DNA of 62,980 bases, counting the filler, from Craspedostauros australis (lineage: Eukaryota), in NCBI GenBank assembly GCA_030167865.1. It is 6 parts of 6 records of this genome, joined end to end, with 100 filler letters (N's around TTAATTAATTAA, not from the genome) between each part and the next. Parts side by side here need not be neighbours in the genome. Positions count along the whole stretch, not along the records: positions 23,807 to 32,163 come from JALAGF010005928.1; positions 32,264 to 44,534 come from JALAGF010005931.1; 4 more parts are not named here. One strand, 5' to 3'. A program made the position numbers and the translations under genes. The notes under the pieces were generated by a model. That model was not told the origin of the DNA. It did no database searches and saw only the letters and a program-made list of their open reading frames with translations. This document shows, piece after piece, positions 23,807 to 36,634 of this stretch. The first letter of the stretch is position 1. Each line of letters begins with the position of its first letter.

Positions 23807-26800
23807 CTGGCCAGATGTACATAGGAATGATCAATTCGCGGGCAAACCAACGATGGTGGGCCATGGTATGGTCCCCAATGGGTGCGTTCCGAGTGGTTAT
23901 AGGCCGTCATTGCATATTTAAGGCGTCCTCCGGTCAAATTTGGTGATTCAAATGACAGTGAATATTCAGCGCCACTGAATATCGTGTTCTGGACAGAAGT
24001 GCATACAAATGATGGGTCCGCAAGCAAACCAACGATGGTGGGCCATGGTGTGGTCCCCCATGGGTGCGTTCCAAGTGATTATAGGCCGTCATTGCATATT
24101 TAAAGGGTCCTCCGGTCAAATTTGGTGATACACGCGAAGTTGGAAATTCAGCGCTACTGAATATCGTGTTCTGGCCAGAATTGCATAGGAATGATCAATG
24201 CGCGAGCAAACCAATGATGGTGGGCGACGGTATAGTCCTCGGTGGATGCGTTCCGAGTGGTTATAGGCTGTCATTGCATATTTAGGGGTGACTCCGTCCA
24301 ATTTCGTGATACATATGAAGGTGAATATTCAGCAACACTGAATATCGTGTTCTGGCCAGTTGTGCATAGGAATGATCAATGCGCGGGCAAACCAACGATA
24401 GTAGGCCATGATATGGTCCCCAATGGGTGCGTTCCAAGTGGTTATAGGCCGTCATTGCATATTTAAGGCGTCCTCCGGTCAAATTTGGTGATTCAAATGA
24501 CAGTGAATATTCAGCGCCACTGAATATCGTGTTCTGGACAGAAGTGCATACAAATGATGGGTCCGCAAGCAAACCAACGATGGTGGACCATGGTATGGTC
24601 CCCAATGGGTGCGTTCCGAGTGGTTATAGGTCGCCAATGCATATTTAGAGGTTCTGCGGTCAAATTTGGTGATTCATATGATGGTGAATATTCAGCGCCA
24701 CTGAATATCGTGTTCTGGCCAGAAGTGCATGGGATTGATCAATGCGCGAGCAAACCAATGATTGGGGACGATGGTATGGTCCCCAATGGGTGCGTTCCGA
24801 GTGGTTATAGNNNNNNNNNNNNNNNNNNNNNNNNNNNNNNNNNNNNNNNNNNNNNNNNNNCATTGCATATTTAGAGGTTCTGCGGTCAAATTTGGTGATT
24901 CATATGATGGTGAATATTCAGCAACACTGAATATCGTGTTCTGGACAGATGTACATAGGAATGATCAATTCGCGGGCAAACCAACGATGGGGGACGATGG
25001 TATGGTCCCCGGTGGGTGCGTTCCAAGTGGTTATAGGCCGTAATCGTATATTTAGAGGTCACTCCGTCCAATTTGGTGATACATTTGACAATGAATATTC
25101 AGCGCCGCTGAATATCGTGTTCTGGACAGATGTACATAGGAATGATCAATACGCGGGCAAACCAACGATGGTGGGCCATGGTATGGTCCCCGGTGGGTGC
25201 TTTCCGAGTAATTATAGGCCGCCAATGCATATTTAGAGGTTCTGCGGTCCAATTTGGTGATTCAAATGAAGGTGAATATTCAGCGCCACTGAATATCGTG
25301 TTCTGGCTAGATGTACATAGGAATGATCGATCCGCAAGCAAACCAACGATGGTGGGCCATGGTGTGGTCCCCCATGGGTGCGTTCCGAGTGTTTATAGGC
25401 CGCCAATGCATATTTAGAGGTTCTGCGGTCAAATTTGGTGATTCATATGACTGTGAATATTCAGCGCCACTGAATATCGTGTTCTGGACAGATGTACATA
25501 GGAATGATCNNNNNNNNNNNNNNNNNNNNNNNNNNNNNNNNNNNNNNNNNNNNNNNNNNACAGATGTACATAGGAATGATCAATACGCGGGCAAACCAAC
25601 GATGGTGGGCCATGGTATGGTCCCCGGTGGGTGCTTTCCGAGTGGTTATAGGCCGCCAATGCATATTTAGAGGTCTCTCCGGTCAAATTTCGTGATTCAT
25701 ATGACTGTGAATATTCAGCAACACTGAATATCGTGTTCTGGACAGAAGTGCATACAAATGATGGGTCCGCAAGCAAACCAACGATGGTGGGCCATGGTAT
25801 GGTCCCCAATGGGTGCGTTCCGAGTGGTTATAGGCCGTCATTGCATATTTAAGGGATCCTGCGGTCCAATTTGGTGATTCATATGATGGTGAATATTCAG
25901 CACCACTGAATATCGTTTTCTGGCTAGATGTACATAGGAATGATCGATCCACGATGAAACCAACGATGGTGGGCGATGGTATGGTCCACAATGGGTGCGT
26001 TCCGAGTGGTTACAGGCCGTAATTACATACTTATGGGTTCTGCGGTCAAATTTCGTGATTCATATGACAGTGAATATTCAGCAACACTGAATATCGTGTT
26101 CTGGACAGATGTACATAGGAATGATCCATTCGCGGGCAAACCAACGATGGTGGGCCATGGTATGGTCCCCAATGGGTGCGTTCCGAGTGGTTATAGGCCG
26201 CCAATGCATATTTAGAGGTTCTGCGGTCCAATTTGGTGATTCAAATGAAGGTGAATATTCAGCGCCACTGAATATCGTGTTCTGGCTAGATGTACATAGG
26301 AATGATCGATCCGCAAGCAAACCAACGATGGTGGGCCATGGTGTGGTCCCCAATGGGTGCGTTCCGAGTGGTTATAGGCCGCCAATGCATATTTATGGGG
26401 TCCTCCGGTCAAATTTGGTGATTCATATGACTGTGAATATTCAGCGCCACTGAATATCGTGTTCTGGACAGATGTACATAGGAANNNNNNNNNNNNNNNN
26501 NNNNNNNNNNNNNNNNNNNNNNNNNNNNNNNNNNTACATAGGAATGATCCATTCGCGGGCAAACCAACGATGGTGGGCCATGGTATGGTCCCCAATGGGT
26601 GCGTTCCGAGTGGTTATATACCGTCATTGCATATTTAGGGGTCTCTCCGTCCAATTTCGTGATACATATGATGGTGAATATTCAGCAACACTGAATATCG
26701 TGTTCTGGCCAGAATTGCATACAAATGATCGATCCGCAAGCAAACCAACGATAGTAGGCCATGGTATGGTCCNNNNNNNNNNNNNNNNNNNNNNNNNNNN

Positions 26801-29800
26801 NNNNNNNNNNNNNNNNNNNNNNTCCCCAATGGGTGCGTTCCAAGTGGTTATAGGCCGTCATTGCATATTTAAGGCGTCCTCCGGTCAAATTTCGTGATTC
26901 AAATGAAGGTGAATATTCAGCGCCACTGAATATCGTGTTCTGGACAGAAGTGCATACAAATGATGGGTCCGCAAGCAAACCAACGATGGTGGGCCATGGT
27001 ATGGTCCCCAATGGGTGCGTTCCGAGTGTTTATAGGCCGTCATTGCATATTTAGAGGTTCTGCGGTCAAATTTGGTGATTCATATGATGGTGAATATTCA
27101 GCAACACTGAATATCGTGTTCTGGCCAGAATTGCATAGGAATGATCAATACGCGGGCAAACCAACGATGGTGGGCCATGGTATGGTCCCCAATGGGTGCG
27201 TTCCGAGTGTTTATAGGCCGTCATTGCATATTTAAGGGATCCTGCGGTCCAATTTGGTGATTCATATGATGGTGAATATTCAGCAACACTGAATATCGTG
27301 TTCCGGACAGAAGTGCATACAAATGATGGGTCCGCAAGCAAACCAACGATGGTGGACCATGGTATGGTCCCCAATGGGTGCGTTCCGAGTGGTTATAGGC
27401 CGTCATTGCATATTTAAGGGATCCTGCGGTCCAATTTGGTGATTCATATGATGGTGAATATTCAGCAACACTGAATATCGTGTTCTGGCCAGATGTACAT
27501 AGGAATGATCAATGCGCGAGCAAGGCAACGATGGGGGACGATGGTATGGTCCCCCATGGGTGCGTTCCGAGTGTTTATAGGCCGTCATTGCATATTTAGA
27601 GGTTCTGCGGTCAAATTTGGTGATTCATATGATGGTGAATATTCAGCAACACTGAATATCGTGTTCTGGCCAGAATTGCATAGGAATGATCAATGCGCGA
27701 GCAAACCAACGATGGTGGGCCATGGTGTGGTCCCCGATGGGTGCGTTCCGAGTGGTTATAGGCCGTCATTGCATATTTAAGGCGTCCTCCGGTCAAATTT
27801 GGTGATTCATATGACTGTGAATATTCAGCACCACTGAATATCGTGTTCTGGACAGATGTACATAGGAATGATCAATGCGCGAGCAAGGCAACGATGGGGG
27901 ACGATGGTATGGTCCCCCATGGGTGCGTTCCGAGTGTTTATAGGCCGTCATTGCATATTTAGAGGTTCTGCGGTCAAATTTGGTGATTCATATGATGGTG
28001 AATATTCAGCAACACTGAATATCGTGTTCTGGCCAGATGTACATAGGAATGATCAATTCGCGGGCAAACCAACGATGGTGGGCCATGGTATGGTCCCCAA
28101 TGGGTGCGTTCCAAGTGGTTATAGGCCGTCATTGCATATTTAAGGGATCCTGCGGTCAAATTTGGTGATTCATATGATGGTGAATATTCAGCAACACTGA
28201 ATATCGTGTTCCGGACAGAAGTGCATACAAATGATGGGTCCGCAAGCAAACCAACGATGGTGGACCATGGTATGGTCCCCAATGGGTGCGTTCCGAGTGG
28301 TTATAGGCCGTCATTGCATATTTAAGGGATCCTGCGGTCCAATTTGGTGATTCATATGATGGTGAATATTCAGCACCACTGAATATCGTNTTCTGGCTAG
28401 ATGTACATAGGAATGATCGATCCACGATGAAACCAACGATGGTGGGCGATGGTATGGTCCACAATGGGTGCGTTCCGAGTGGTTACAGGCCGTAATTACA
28501 TACTTATGGGTTCTGCGGTCAAATTTCGTGATTCATATGACAGTGAATATTCAGCAACACTGAATATCGTGTTCTGGCCAGATGTACATAGGAATGATCG
28601 ATCCGCAAGCAAACCAACGATAGTAGGCCATGGTATGGTCCCCCATGGGTGCGTTCCGAGTGGTTATAGGTCGCCAATGCATATTTAGAGGTTCTGCGGT
28701 CAAATTTGGTGATTCATATGATGGTGAATATTCAGCGCCACTGAATATCGTGTTCTGGCCAGAAGTGCATGGGATTGATCAATGCGCGAGCAAACCAATG
28801 ATTGGGGACGATGGTATGGTCCCCAATGGGTGCGTTCCGAGTGGTTATAGGTCGCCAATGCATATTTAGAGGTTCTGCGGTCAAAATTAGTGATACAAAT
28901 GACTGTGAATATTCAGCGCCACTGAATATCGTGTTCTGGCCAGAATTGCATAGGAATGATCGATCCGCGAGCAAACCAACGATGGTGGACCGTGGTATGG
29001 TCCCCAATGGGTGTGTTCCGAGTGGTTATAGGTCGCCAATGCATATTTAGGGGTTCTGCGGTCAAATTTGGTGATTCATATGATGGTGAATATTCAGCAC
29101 CGCTGAATATCGTGTTCTGGCCAGAAGTGCATGGGATTGATCAATGCGCGAGCAAACCAATGATGGGGGACGATGGTATGGTCCCCAATGGGTGCGTTCC
29201 GAGTGGTTATAGGTCGCCAATGCATATTTAGAGGTTCTGCGGTCAAAATTAGTGATACAAATGACTGTGAATATTCAGCAACACTGAATATCGTGTTCTG
29301 GCCAGATGTACATAGGAATGATCAATGCGCGAGCAAGGCAACGATGGCGGACGATGGTATGGTCTCCCATGGGTGCGTTCCGACTGGTTATAGGCCGTCA
29401 TTGCACATTTAGGGGTTCTGCGGTCACAATTAGTGATACAAATGAAGGTGAATTTTCAGCGCCACTGAATATCGTGTTCTGGCCAGAAGTGCATACAAAT
29501 CATCGATCTTCAAGCAAATCAACGATGGTGGGCCATGGTGTGGTCCCCCATGGGTGCGCTCCAAGTGATTAAAGGTCGCCAATGCATATTTAAGGCGTCC
29601 TGCGGTCCAATTTGGTGATTCATATGACTGTGAATATTCAGCACCAGTGAATATCGTGTTCTGGCCAGAAGTGCATAGGAATGATCAATGCGCGAGCAAA
29701 CCAACGATGGCGGACGGTGGTATGGTCCCCCATGGGTGCGTTCCGAGTGGTTATAGGCCGTCATTGCACATTTAGGGGTTCTGCGGTCAAAATTGGTGAT

Positions 29801-32030
29801 TCATATGACTGTGAATATTCAGCACCACTGAATATCGTGTTCTGGCCAGATGTACATAGGAATGATCAATGCGCGAGCAAACCAACGATGGTGGGCCATG
29901 GTATGGTCCCCAATGGGTACGTTCCAAGTGGTTATAGGCCGTCATTGCACATTTAGAGGTTCTGTGGTCAAAATTGGTGATTCATATGATGGTGAATATT
30001 CAGCGCCACTGAATATCGTGTTCTGGACAGATGTACATAGGAATGATCAATGCGCGGGCAAACCAACGATGGTGGGCCATGGTATGGTTCTCAATGGGTG
30101 TGTTCCGAGTGGTTATAGGTCGCCAATGCATATTTAGAGGTCTCTCCGTCCAATTTCGTGATTCAAATGACAGTGAATATTCAGCGCCACTGAATATCGT
30201 GTTCTGGACAGAATTGCATAGGATTGCTCAATGCGCGAGCAAACCAACGATGGTGGGCCATGGTATGGTCCCCAATGGGTGCGTTCCGAGTGGTTATAGG
30301 CCGTCATTGCANNNNNNNNNNNNNNNNNNNNNNNNNNNNNNNNNNNNNNNNNNNNNNNNNNAGAATTGCATAGGAATGATCAATACGCGGGCAAACCAAC
30401 GATGGTGGGCCATGGTGTGGTCCCCAATGGGTGCGTTCCGAGTGGCTATAGACCGTAATTACATATTTATGGGATCCTGCGGTCAAATTTCGTGATTCAA
30501 ATGAAGGTGAATATTCAGCACCACTGAATATCGTGTTCTTGCCAGAAGTGCATAGGAATGATCGATCCACGATGAAACCAACAATGGAGGACGATGGTAT
30601 GGTCCCCGATGGGTGCGTTCCGAGTGGTTATAGGCCGTCATTGCACATTTAGGGATCCTGCGGTCAAATTTGGTGATTCAAATGAAGGTGAATATTCAGC
30701 GCCACTGAATATCGTGTTCTGGACAGAGGTGCATACAAATGATGGGTCCGCAAGCAAACCAACGATGGTGGGCCATGGTATGGGCCCCAATGGGTGCGTT
30801 CCGAGTGGTTATAGGTCGCCAATGCATATTTAGAGGTTCTGCGGTCAAATTTGGTGATTCATATGATGGTGAATATTCAGCACCACTGAATATCGTGTTC
30901 TGGACAGATGTACATAGGAATGATCAATTCGCGAGCAAACCAACGATGGTGGGCGATGGTATGGTCCCCAATGGGTGCGTTCCGAGTGGTCATAGGTCGC
31001 CAATGCATATTTAGAGGTCTCTCCGTCCAATTTCGTGATTCATATGATGGTGAATATTCAGTACCACTGAATATCGTGTTCTGGCCAGAATTGCATAGGA
31101 ATGATCAATACGCGGGCAAACCAACGATGGTGGGCCATGGTGTGGTCCCCAATGGGTGCGTTCCGAGTGGTTATAGGCCGTCATTGCATATTTAAAGGGT
31201 TCTGCGGTCAAATTTGGTGATACATATGACTGTGAATATTCAGCAGCGCTGAATATCGTGTTCTGGCCAGATGTACATAGGAATGATCAATGCGCGAGCA
31301 AACCAACGATGGTGGGCCATGGTATGGTTCCTCATGGGTACGTTCCAAGTGGTTATAGGTCGCCAATGCATATTTAGGGGTTCTGCGGTCCAATTTGGTG
31401 ATTCATATGACAGTGAATATTCAGCACCGCTGAATATCGTGTTCTGGCCAGATGTACATAGGAATGATCGATCCGCGAGCAAACCAACGATGGTGGTCCA
31501 TGGTATGGTCCCCAATGGGTGCGTTCCGAGTGGTCATAGGCCGTCATTACGTATTTATGGGATCCTCCGGTCAAATTTGGTGATGCACGCGAAGTTGAAT
31601 ATTCAGCACCCCTGAATATCGTGTTCTTGCCAGAAGTGCATAGGAATGATCGATCCACGATGAAACCAACAATGGAGGACGATGGCATGGTCCCCGATGG
31701 GTGCGTTCCGAGTGGTTATAGGCCGCCATTGCATATTTAAGCGTGCCTCCGCACAATTTCGTCACACACATGAAGCTGAATATTCAGCAACACTGAATAT
31801 CGTGTTCTGGCCAGAAGTGCATACAAATCATCGATCCTCAAGCAAACCAACGATGGTGGGCCATGGTGTGGTCCCCGATGGGCACGCTCCGAGTGGTTAT
31901 AGACCGTATTTGCATATTTATGGGATCCTCCGGTCCAATTTGGTCATGCACGCAATGGTGAATATTCAGCTCCTCGGTGTTTCGCGATTTTGCTACTCAT
32001 GCATGGGAATGACCAGTCCGAAGGCATGCA
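23807..32030. repeat. Satellite array, 181/182-bp monomer, about 45 copies, with internal 50-N gaps
   Basis: TGAATATTCAGCRMCACTGAATATCGTGTTCTGG recurs every 181-182 bp (ORF echoes at 24949/25130/25311/25492 and 27221/27403). The last unit decays at ~31970-32030. Confidence 0.98.
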
Positions 32031-32382
32031 ACCGATCGGGACCCATCCAATGCCTTTCCGTCGGCATATTCCGTGGGTTTGTACGCTTTCTTTTCTTGCG
32101 TAAGGGGTTGAAACCTTCATGTTCCTCGTACACACGATGACACCGATCGTCGAACGCCACTGTNNNNNNNNNNNNNNNNNNNNNNNNNNNNNNNNNNNNN
32201 NNNNNNNTTAATTAATTAANNNNNNNNNNNNNNNNNNNNNNNNNNNNNNNNNNNNNNNNNNNNCCCAACCTTTTCCGAGTCAGAGTCCAACAGGCTGATC
32301 AAGACGGATTCATTGAACGACGAAGGGCGTTCGTTGTCCGCAGAGCTAGAAGACAACTTCCTGGTGGAAGCTGCACCAGATC

Positions 32383-34236
32383 TCACCAACCGTTCATTCT
32401 TGGAGAGGTGAATTCGGAGGCTGTGGATTGACTGCTGTTTGTTCCTCGCACAGATATGAGAACTTCCATGCCCTGGACGACTGGGATGTCATTGGATGAA
32501 CGTGCGGTTTCCACGAGGTGGCCAACTATCACTGGGTTGGCTGCACCGGCGATCAGGTCTTGCTTTTCAGATCCCGGTTNNNNNNNNNNNNNNNTGGCAG
32601 ATTCGTCCTTGTTGCTGGTTTCGTATGAACTACCAGCAGCCAGTTTGGCCACAGCAAGGTCCATGATGTCTTTGAGAGGAGCCGGAGGAGGCCTGCTGGT
32701 CTCTGCGAGACGTTCAATGCCTTCACTCTGCATCTGCGAGTGAATCATTGCTGCAATCTTCGCCTCGTAGTCGGATGATGTTGAAGAAGAGAGGTCGACG
32801 GCACGGACCTCGCCATTCTTGACACCTTCGGAACGATTCGTGTAGACATTGCTGGATGCCAGGCTGTATGTTCCACTTGCGCTGCTCTCTGCCGACGGAC
32901 GCGACTGCTTGCTGCCACCGGCGTTCTGCGCTATNNNNNNNNNNNNNNNNNNNNNNNNNNNNNNNNNNNNNNNNNNNNNNNNNNNNNNNNNNNNNNNNNN
33001 NNNNNNNNNNNNNNNNNNNNNNNNNNNNNNNNNNNNNGCTGCTCCGACCACGGCCCCAGAAATGAAATGACCGTCGCTGGTGCTGCCATTGGAACGGTTG
33101 GAGCGTGACTCTCCGTTCGAGCACGTCGAATCGTCGTAGTATACCGATCCGCTTGACAACGTGTTGTTGCACCATGTAGACCTGTGTGACGAGCTGGCTC
33201 CTGTGATCACGCTTGGTCGGCGGTGTTGGTGGAATTGTTGCGTGCTGGACGAGTCTGATTCGTTGAAGCGGACCGACTTGTGCGATCCTTCATCTATGAC
33301 CGAAACGGCCCGCACTTCGATGCTGTCGGTAGCTTGCGTCATGGTCACAGCTGGGGGCTGGGCATTTCGTGCCAATTTCTTGGCCTGCTGTTGATTGTTC
33401 GACTGCTGGTCGGCCTCGGACCCAGAAGACAAGGATGCGGAACGTGTTGTTTGCGCCAATTGCAGGTGGTTTGGAGCAAGCACACGGTTTGCAACGTATG
33501 CTCCCGCTAGAATCTCGATGCCTGTTGCAGAGGCTGTTGGCGACGCGATTCGGACCTGCATCATGCTGTTGTCGCGTCGCTGGTTGGAGACGCGATCCGT
33601 GACGTCCATGGATGTGGCCTGACCATCATGATTGTTGTGAATGCTTGAGATGGTGCTCTTTTCGATGCTGGCACTCGCATTCTTGCTTTGTCCAATGCTG
33701 GATGGTGGTTCCTTGCCAAGAGAATTGTTGCAGAACGTCGGCATTGACTGAGAGGCTGCAATTGCACCGAAGGCCGCCACCGCCTGCTTACCACGCATCT
33801 TTCTGGCCGAAGTAGGTGCAGGGATAACAGATACTGAGCCTTCCGCCTCTTTCCTGGACTGTGATACAATGGCAGGGTTGCTTCGGGCTTGGTTCTCTTC
33901 GACTCGGACGGAGCTCGACGCCACCGAGCATGCGCTGGCTGTGCCGTGTTGAGTGGNGNGTGTGGACTTGACTGAAGTGGCTCCGCTGCCTGCCGTCGTG
34001 GCATTGCGTTGGTCGACGGAGGTTGCGGTTGGCGTTGCTGCTTTGAGCACAGTGGGGGTGGTGTTCGATTGAGCGTCCGTAGTTTCCCCACCCTTCTCTG
34101 ACTTGGATGCATCATTGCCGGCAGCCTTTCTTCCAAACATCGTCCCGACAAATCCCAACGTCGCGGACACAAGGCCCAGTTTGGCCCCTTGCTTGCGCTG
34201 CTGCTGCTGCTGCTGCTGCGATGGCAAAGATGACAC
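32383..34236 (-). CDS. Low-complexity S/A/Q-rich hypothetical protein; gapped, termini uncertain
   Basis: Long ORF across N gaps with coding-like codon usage. It begins with GTG directly after TACAG, so there may be an upstream exon. Confidence 0.5.
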   Translation of the reverse strand: MSSLPSQQQQQQQRKQGAKLGLVSATLGFVGTMFGRKAAGNDASKSEKGGETTDAQSNTTPTVLKAATPTATSVDQRNATTAGSGATSVKSTXXTQHGTASACSVASSSVRVEENQARSNPAIVSQSRKEAEGSVSVIPAPTSARKMRGKQAVAAFGAIAASQSMPTFCNNSLGKEPPSSIGQSKNASASIEKSTISSIHNNHDGQATSMDVTDRVSNQRRDNSMMQVRIASPTASATGIEILAGAYVANRVLAPNHLQLAQTTRSASLSSGSEADQQSNNQQQAKKLARNAQPPAVTMTQATDSIEVRAVSVIDEGSHKSVRFNESDSSSTQQFHQHRRPSVITGASSSHRSTWCNNTLSSGSVYYDDSTCSNGESRSNRSNGSTSDGHFISGAVVGAXXXXXXXXXXXXXXXXXXXXXXXXXXXXXXXXXXXIAQNAGGSKQSRPSAESSASGTYSLASSNVYTNRSEGVKNGEVRAVDLSSSTSSDYEAKIAAMIHSQMQSEGIERLAETSRPPPAPLKDIMDLAVAKLAAGSSYETSNKDESAXXXXXXPGSEKQDLIAGAANPVIVGHLVETARSSNDIPVVQGMEVLISVRGTNSSQSTASEFTSPRMNGW

Positions 34237-34820
34237 TGTAGCATCGTGTGTGCTCGTTGCTTCGCGCAGTCATCATGTTGTCTTGTGGAGGAAGAGCCAC
34301 ACGATGTCTCTTCCTCTGTTGTGACTCGTTTTGCATGACGTGGAATCCGTTCCCTGTGACGTAGAAGACGGATCAGCGAGAGCAAACACGAAATAGCTCT
34401 AAATATCCAATCGCCGTTTCTCCCAAAAGCAAGCAAACCAGTGGCAACGAGGGGCCAAAACTCCACAACTAGTGTTATCGCGAGTGCATCAACTGCGATC
34501 TGGACCTCGTATCTTCGTGTTCGCTTCCGTTTGCCTTTGTTTGCCTCCCTCTCTTGATCGCACCCCTCTCTGGTTCGTGTGATTTTGATTCCCCTGTTCC
34601 CATCCACGATGGAAATGCGGAGGACGATGGACAACAAGAAGGAAGAAGTACAACTAGTGCTATCGTGGCCCCATTTTACATTTCGTGCAGGTCGTACTAT
34701 CGAAGATCCATCAACCCGACCACTCCTGCACGTGTTCCTGCGACTCGGCTGCGGCCACCATTCGAACGCGATCGATTGCATGGCAACCGCTGCTTTGTAC
34801 ATATCATACCATATCATATC

Positions 34821-36476
34821 ATGTCCAAGCCCAACACGAGCATTGCGGCCTTGTGGCTGTTGGCGTGTATGGCACTCACGCGAATGCGTTTGCCAACGAG
34901 CGACGCATTCCAACCATCCACCTCCCGTGGCGTTCGCCATGCTCCCACAACGCGCCTGCTTGTGGATGGACAAGGCATGAGCGCAGGAAGCACACGGCAT
35001 CTGCTGGGAGATGTGCTGCGATCGTTGCAACCCAAGTACCTGTCGCAAGTCAAAGACGCCGTGCGATCGAATCTCAATGGACCGCAGACGGTCAATGCAA
35101 CTGCCTTCGTGGATGCTGCTAGTGATCTCGTACTTGAATGGGAGGAGGTGGAACGCAGACTTCCCACACAACGTAGAGCAAAAGTGAATGGGAAGAGCAG
35201 CCAAAGCAACCAAAGCGACAACGCAGACGAACCAACCGTCATATTTTACCGCGACTCGGCAGCATGGTGTCCGTACTGCCAAAAGGTATGGATCGCCTTG
35301 GAGGAGCTCCAGATTCCGTACCAAGTCATCAAGATCGACATGCGATGTTACGGCGTCGGCAAACCGACTGACTTCCTGCGGTTGCAACCCAGCGGCAATC
35401 TGCCATGCGCCGTGATCAATGGCCAAGTCGTGCAGGATTCCGATGACATTATCGATGCCCTGAGCGATGGTGCGCTGCGTCCGCCGGAACATGCCGATCG
35501 CATCCGAGATCTGTGTGACAATGGTCGCGAATCGTTGGAACGACGCATGTATGCACGTTGGATGTGGTGGCTGACGGGTGTGCGACGACCGCAGGAATAC
35601 CGCGACTTGATGATCGAGCATTTCGCGGAGCTGGAGGAGGCCTTGCAGCATGCCGATCCCTTCATGCTGGGCCAATCCATCTCGATTGCGGATATCCGAT
35701 TCCTGCCCTTTGTGGAACGTCAGATCGCATCGTTGGTCTACTTCAAGGGATACAATCCACGTGAGGATTTTCCCAATCTGAATCGATGGCTGTCGGCGAT
35801 GGAAGCCCGCGCTTCGTATCGGCAGACCAAGTCGGATTGGTACACGCACAGCCAGGCCTTGCCACCCCAGCTGGCGGCGGATTGCGTCGCCGAAGATGGC
35901 TGTGAGGAATCTCAGAGTCGCATCGACTATCTGTCAACTGCGCGACCGCATGATGCCACAAACTCGACGTTGTGGGATTGGAATGAGCCGGGATGGGGCA
36001 GCCACACGGCGAAGGATGACAGACATGAAGTCGTGCGCAAGCTGGTTCAAAATCATGTCGCCGTGGCCAAATTCTGTGCGCGCGGCGCTGGCACAATGGG
36101 GAGCAAGGTCGTGTCCGCCAAGCTATCCGATCCCACCGCGAAGCCCAACCCCGATGTCCAATCCGCAGTCGACGTTGTGCTGCGGCTGATCGCCATGGCC
36201 CTGCTGTCGGGCGAGGATGGCAAGATCGAGCACGTATCTGCTGTCGCGAGCAAGACCATGTCAGCATCGAGCATCGCTGCACTGATCGATTGTCTCGATT
36301 ACTTGCGTGCTCGCATCGGCGTGCCACGAGACATGTCACACGGCGCAGCGCAAGAATTCCGGCGGGCGTTGCTGAAAGTGTCTGTACAACTGTCGTCATC
36401 GTGTGCGGCTGCCGCTGCTGTGAATGCTGTCGAGACGGAGACGGAGATGAAAGAGGGAATGGTTGGCACGAAGTAA
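34821..36476 (+). CDS. Cys-type glutathione S-transferase (CPYC), predicted plastid-targeted
   Basis: FYRDSAAWCPYCQKVWIALEE, P..GNLP, DSDDII, FMLGQSISIADI..LPFVER, RIGVPRDMS. The likely start MSKPN gives a signal peptide followed by SDA-F (ASAFAP-like). Confidence 0.85.
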   Translation: MSKPNTSIAALWLLACMALTRMRLPTSDAFQPSTSRGVRHAPTTRLLVDGQGMSAGSTRHLLGDVLRSLQPKYLSQVKDAVRSNLNGPQTVNATAFVDAASDLVLEWEEVERRLPTQRRAKVNGKSSQSNQSDNADEPTVIFYRDSAAWCPYCQKVWIALEELQIPYQVIKIDMRCYGVGKPTDFLRLQPSGNLPCAVINGQVVQDSDDIIDALSDGALRPPEHADRIRDLCDNGRESLERRMYARWMWWLTGVRRPQEYRDLMIEHFAELEEALQHADPFMLGQSISIADIRFLPFVERQIASLVYFKGYNPREDFPNLNRWLSAMEARASYRQTKSDWYTHSQALPPQLAADCVAEDGCEESQSRIDYLSTARPHDATNSTLWDWNEPGWGSHTAKDDRHEVVRKLVQNHVAVAKFCARGAGTMGSKVVSAKLSDPTAKPNPDVQSAVDVVLRLIAMALLSGEDGKIEHVSAVASKTMSASSIAALIDCLDYLRARIGVPRDMSHGAAQEFRRALLKVSVQLSSSCAAAAAVNAVETETEMKEGMVGTK

Positions 36477-36634
36477 TGTGGCTACTAGTACCACTCAACT
36501 ACACTCTACTTCACTCTACTCTTGGGGTGTATGTATGTGTGCGCGTGCAGTGGTGATGACGATTTCCTCCGTATTCCAAGCAGTGCGACATGCGTACATA
36601 CATATTCGTACTCGTATTCATCCAACTGTGACTA

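Noticed and set aside
23807..32030. CRISPR array or protein-coding repeats (many 60-150-aa ORFs)
   Set aside because: The whole monomer is repeated. The period 181/182 is not a multiple of 3 and stops recur in every frame.
33561..35849. 762-aa minus-strand ORF
   Set aside because: It is an antisense or off-frame shadow of the GST and the neighbouring gene, with no recognisable motifs.
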